The notes under the pieces: model-generated
The model's database searches: none
Seen by the model: only the letters and a program-made list of their open reading frames with translations
Told to the model about the DNA's origin: nothing
Source: the human T2T-CHM13v2.0 reference genome, Homo sapiens
Length of the DNA stretch: 64,000 bases
Assembly (NCBI RefSeq): GCF_009914755.1
Contig: NC_060946.1
Reading direction: 5' to 3' (one strand)
In this document: piece by piece, positions 58,476 to 64,000 of the stretch
Numbering within the stretch: position 1 is the stretch's first letter
Layout: the number at the start of each line of letters is the position of its first letter
Translations under genes and position numbers: made by a program

Positions 58476-61400
58476 CTTCCTGTGGGGCCTAGAGAAGATT
58501 TGCATCATTTGGGTGAGCAGTAAAGAGATATATCACAAGGACCCCTATACAAAAAGCCTGGAAATGATTTACATCACCTCGGTGATCAGTGCATAGGTAT
58601 GTCAGAAATCCCCAGTAGGCTGAACCTAGACAATGGTTACATCACTTAGGTGATCAGTGTAGAGATTTGTGAAAATTCCCATGTAGAGAGAGCCTAGACA
58701 AGTGTTACATCACCTAGTGATCAGTGCAGGGATAAGTCGTAAAGCCTCGTGGAGGCAGAGTGTAGACAATTGTTACTTCCCTGGGGTGATCAGTGCAGAG
58801 ATATGTCACAAAGCCCCTGTAAGCAGAACTTTGACAAGGGTTACATGACCTGTTTGATCAGTGGAAATGTATATCACAAAGCCCCCTGTAGGCAAAGCCC
58901 AGAGAATTGTTACATCACCTGGGTGAGCCCTGGAGAGATATGTCAGAATGCCCCTGTAGGCAGAGCTTAGACAAGGGTTACATCACCTGGGTGATGAGTG
59001 CAGAGATATATCAAAACACTCCTGTAGGCTGAACCTAGACATGAGTTCCATCACCCAGGTGATCAGTGCAGAGATATGTGAGAATTCCCGTGTAGGCAGA
59101 TTCTAGAAAAGTGTTACATCACCTACCTTATCATTGCAAGGATAAGTCACAATGCCTCCCGTAGGAAGAGCGTAGACAAGATTTCCTTCCCCAGGGTAAT
59201 TAGTGCAGAGATGTGTCACAAAGCCCCTGTAGGCAGAGCCTTGACAAGAGTTTCATCACTTGGTTGATCAGATCAGTGATGTGTCACAATGACCATGTAG
59301 GCAGATCTAAGACAAGAGTCCATCACCTGGGTGATCAGTGCAGAGAGATGTACCAATGTCCCCTGCAGGCAGTGCCTAGACAAGAGTTGCATCATCTCAG
59401 AAATCAGTGCATAGATATGTCACAAAGCCTTCTGTAGGCAAAACCCATACGAGGCTTACATCACCTAGGTGATCAGTGCGGTGATATGTCACCAAAATCC
59501 CTGTAGACAGAGCCTAGACAAGACTTCCATCACCTGGTTGATCAGTGCAGAGATATGTTACAAATCCCCCTCTAGGCAGAGTATAGAGAAGAGTCCCATC
59601 ACCTGGGTGATGAGCGCGGAGATATTTCACAATGCCCCCTGTAGGCAGAGAGAGGACAAGAGTTACATAACCTAGGTGATCTGTGCAGAGCTATGTCAAA
59701 ACGCCCCTGTAGGCAGAGCCTAGATAAATGTTACAACACCTTTGTGATTAGTGCAAAGATATGTCACAATACCCCCTGTAGGTGGAGCGAAGACAAGAGT
59801 TACATCACCTGGGTGATCAGTGCAGAGATATATCACAAAGCCCCTGTAGGCAGAGCCTAAACAAGAGTTATATCACCTTGGTGATCAGTGCAGAAATATG
59901 TCACAAAGCCCCTGTAGGCCGAGCCTAGACAAGAGTTACATCACCTGGGTGATCAGTGCAGAGATATCTCACAATACCCCCTGAAAACAGAGCCTGTACA
60001 AGAGTTACATCACCTGGGTGATCAGTGCAGAGATATGTCACAATGTCCCCTGTAGGCAAAGCCTAGGCAAGAGTTACATCACCTTTGTCATCAATTTAGG
60101 GATATGTGAAAACGCCCCTGTAGGCAGAGCGTAGACAAGAGTTACATCCCCTAGGTGATCATTGCAGAGATATTTCACTATACCCCCTGTAGGCAGATCC
60201 AAGACAAGAGTTGAGTCACCTGGGTGATCAGTGCAGAGATATTTCACAATGCCTCCTTTGGGCAGAGGGTAGACAAGAGTTGCTTCACCTAGGTGATCAG
60301 TGCAGAGATTTGTCAAAATTTCCTGTAGGCAGTGCTTATAAAAGTGTTACATCACCTAAGTGATCAGTGCAGAAATATGTCACAAAGCTCCTGTAGGCAG
60401 AACTTAGATGAGTTACATCACCTCGGTGATCACTGCAAATGTATGCCACAAAGCCCCCTGTAGGCAAAGCCTAGACAATAGTTACTTCAATTGGGTGATC
60501 AGTGGCGAGATCTCTCACAGATCCCCTGTAGGCAGAGCTTATACAACAGTTACATCACATGGGTGATCAGTGCAGAGATATGTCACAATGCCCCCATAGG
60601 CAGATCCAAGACAAGAGTCCATCACCTGGGTGATCAGTGCAGAGATATGTACTAATGTCCCCTCTAAGCAGTGCTTAGACAAGAGTTGCATCACCTCAGA
60701 GTTCAGTACATAGATATGTCACAAAGCCTTCTGTAGGCAAAGCCCATACAATGCTTACATCACCTAGGAGATCAGTGCAGTGATATGTCACAAAAATCCC
60801 TGTAGACAGAGCCTAGAAAAAAGTTACATCACCTGGGTGATCAGTGTAGATAATTGACACAAAGCCCCCATAGACAGAGCCTAGACAAGACTTCCATCAC
60901 CTGGGTGATCAGTGCAGAAATATGTCACAAACCCCCTCTAGGCAGAGTATAGAGAAGAGTCCCATCACCTAGGTGATCAGTGCAGAGATATTTCACAATG
61001 CACCTGTAGGCAGAGAGTGGACAAGTGTTACATAACCTAGGTGATCTGTGCAGAGCTATGTCAAAAGGTCCCTGTAGGCAGAGCCTAGATAAATGTTACA
61101 TCACGTGGGTGATCAGTGCAGAGATACGTCACAATACCCCCTGTAGGTGGAGCCTAGACAAGAGTTACATAAATTGGTTGATCAGTATAGAAATATGTCA
61201 CAAAGCCCCTGTAGGCCGAGCCTAGACAAGGGTTACATCTGCTGGGTGATCAGTGCAGAAATATGTCACAAAAACCTATAGGGCGAGCCTAGACAAGAGT
61301 TACATCACCTGGGTGATCAGTGCAAAGATATGTCACAAAGCTCCCTGTAGGCAAATCCCAGAAAATTGTTACATCACCTGGTTGAACAGTGGAGATACCT

Positions 61401-64000
61401 GTCACAATCCCCTTTAAGCGCAGCTGAGACAAGCGTTACATCACATGAGTGATCAGTGCAGAGATATGTCACTATGCCCCACATAGGCAGATCCAAGAAA
61501 AGTTTCCATCACCTGGATGATCAGTGCAGAATTATGCCACAATGCTGCCAGTAGGCAGATATAGACAAGAGTTACATCACCTGCATTATCAGTGCAGAGA
61601 TATGTCACAATACCCCTGTAGGCAGAGCCTAGACAAGAGTCCCATTACTTGGGTGATCAATGCAGAGTTATGTCATAATGCCCCCTTTTGGCAGAGCCTA
61701 CACAAGGGTTACATCACCTGGGTGATCAGGGCAGAGATATGTCACAATGCCCCCTGTAAGCAGATCCCAGACAAGAGTTGCATCACCTCAGTGATCAGTG
61801 CAGAGATATGTCTCAGTGCCCCCTGTTGGCGAAGCCTATACAAGAGTTACATCATCTCGGTGATCAGTGCAGTGGTATGTTAAAATGCCCCTATAGGCAG
61901 AGCCTAGAGAAGAGTTACATCACCTGGGTGATCAGTGCAGAGATATCTCACAATACCCATTGTAGGCAGAGCCTAGACAAGAGTTACATCATCTGCGTGA
62001 TCAGTGCAGAGATATGTCATAAATCCCACTGTAGGCAAAGCCTAGACAAGTTTTACATCACCTCAGTGATCAGTGCAGAGATATGTCCCAATGTCCCTCT
62101 AGGCAGAGCTTAGACAAGAGTCACAACTCCTGGGTGATCAGTGCAGAGATAAGTCACAATGCCCCCGTAGGCAGTGCCTAGACAAGAGTTACATAACCTG
62201 GGTGATCCGTCCAGAGTGATGTCACAACGCCCTCTGTAGGCAGAGACTAGAAAAGAGCTACATCACCTGGGTGATCAGTGCAGACATATGTCACAATGCC
62301 CCCTATAGGCAGCCATAGAGAAGAGTTCCATCACATGGGTGATCAGTGCAGAAATATGTCACAATGTGCCCTGTAGGCAGAGCATAGAGAAGAGTTGCAT
62401 CACCTGGGTGATCATTGCAGAGTTATGTCACAGTGTCCCCTGTAGGCAAAGCCTAGGCAAGAGTTGCATCACCTGGGTGATCAGTGCAGACATATGTCAC
62501 AATGTCCCCTGTAGGCAAAGCCTAGGCAAGAGTTACATCACCTTTGTCATTAGTTCAGGGATATGTGAAAACACCCCTGTAGACAGAGCCTAGAAAAGAG
62601 TTACACCACCTAGTTGATCAGTGCAGAGATATTTCACAATACCCCCTGTAGGCAGATCTTAGACAAGAGTTGAATCACCTGGGTGATCAGTGCAGAGATA
62701 TTTCACAATGCACCCCTTGGGCAGAGGGTACACAAAAATTACATCACCTAGGTGATCAGTGAAGAGATTTTTCAAAATTCCCTGTAGGCAGTGCTTATAA
62801 AAGTGTTACATCGCTTAAGTGATCAATGCAGAGATATGTCACAAGCTCCTGTAGGCAGAACTTAGATGAGTTACATCGCCTGGGTGATCAGTGCAAAGGT
62901 ATGTCACAAAGCCCCCTGTAGGCAAAGACTAGATTTTAGTTACATCCCTTGGGTGATCAGTGGCGAGATCTCTCACAATTCCCCTGTAGGCACAGCTTAT
63001 ACAACAGTTACATCACCTGGCTGATCAGTACAGAGATACGTCACAAAGAACCGGTATGCAGAACTTACATGAGTTACATCACCTGAGTGATCAGTGCAAA
63101 GGTATGTCACAAAGCCCCCTGTAGGCAAAACCTAGACAATGGTTACTTCACTTGGGAGATCAGTGGTGAGATCTCTCACTATTCCCCAGTAGGCAGAGCT
63201 TATACAACACTTACATCACCTGGGTGATGAGTGCAGAGATATGTCACAGTGCCCCCATAGGCAGATCCAAGACAAGAGTCCGTCACCTGGGTGATCAGTG
63301 CAGAAATATGTCACAATGCCACCGTAGGCAGGGCCTAGACAAAAGCCACATCACCTGGATGATCTGTGTAGAGTTATGTCACAAAGTCCGTTTAGGCAGA
63401 TCCTAGACAAGAGTTACATCACCTGGATGATCAGTGCAGAGATATGTCACAATGCCACTCTAGGCACAGCCTAGACAAGAGTTACATGACCTAGGTGATC
63501 AGTGCAGAGATACATCGCAACGTCCCTGTAGGCAGAGCCTTCACAAGTGGTACATCACCTGAGTGATCATTGCAGGGATATGTCACAAAGCACCCTGTAG
63601 GCAGATCCTAGAAAAGAGTTACATCACCTGGGTGATCAGTGCAGAGATATGTCACAATGCCACTGTAGGCAGAGCCTAGAAAAGAGTTACATGACCTAGG
63701 TGATCAGTGCAGAGATACATTGCAACGTCCCTGTAGGCAGAGCCTTCACAAGTGGTACATCACCTGGGTGATCATTGCAGGGATATGTCACAAAGCACCC
63801 TTCAGGCAGATCCTAGAAAAGAGTTACATCACCTGGGTGATCAGTGCAGAGATATGTCACAAAGCCACTGTAGGCAGAGCCTAGACAAGAGTTACATGAC
63901 ATAGGTGATCAGTGCAGAGATACATCGCAATGCCCCTGTAGGCAGAGCCTTGATAAGTGGTATATCACCTAGGTGATCATTGCAGGGATATGACTCAAAG
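58408..64000 (+). repeat. Beta-satellite array, block 9
   Basis: Tandem 68-bp monomers; the last ~600 bp is a 3-monomer (~204-bp) unit repeated about three times. Confidence 0.97.

Overview
This is hominid (most likely human) heterochromatic DNA, not microbial sequence. It is a 68-bp beta-satellite (Sau3A/BSR) array interrupted by eight GC-rich D4Z4/LSau-derived units carrying DUX4-like (DUX4L) double-homeobox pseudogenes, i.e. the LSau-beta-satellite composite typical of acrocentric short arms and some pericentromeres. The chromosome cannot be determined from the sequence. Complete units are about 2.75 kb and run from the D4Z4 promoter region (DBE, TATAA) through a DUX4-like ORF, an exon-2-like segment and the KpnI/LSau stub to a pLAM/exon-3-like segment; they share fixed junctions with ordered series of satellite monomer variants. 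Units 1-4 and 8 are on +; units 5-7 lie in an ~18.3-kb inversion (39011-57328). Unit 2 is 3'-truncated and unit 8 is 5'-truncated. No copy is intact, but unit 5 is a single 1-bp insertion away from a full 422-aa DUX4-like ORF. The position of the FSHD polyadenylation signal (ATTAAA on 4qA) reads as plain satellite (GTCACA) in all six copies that retain it. Several junctions carry templated insertions. The many short ORFs in the satellite are artefacts. I see no evidence for a wholly new biological system; the interest lies in the near-intact paralog, the origin of pLAM and the PAS, and the rearrangement mechanics. Comparisons with DUX4, D4Z4 and 4qA are from memory, not alignment.
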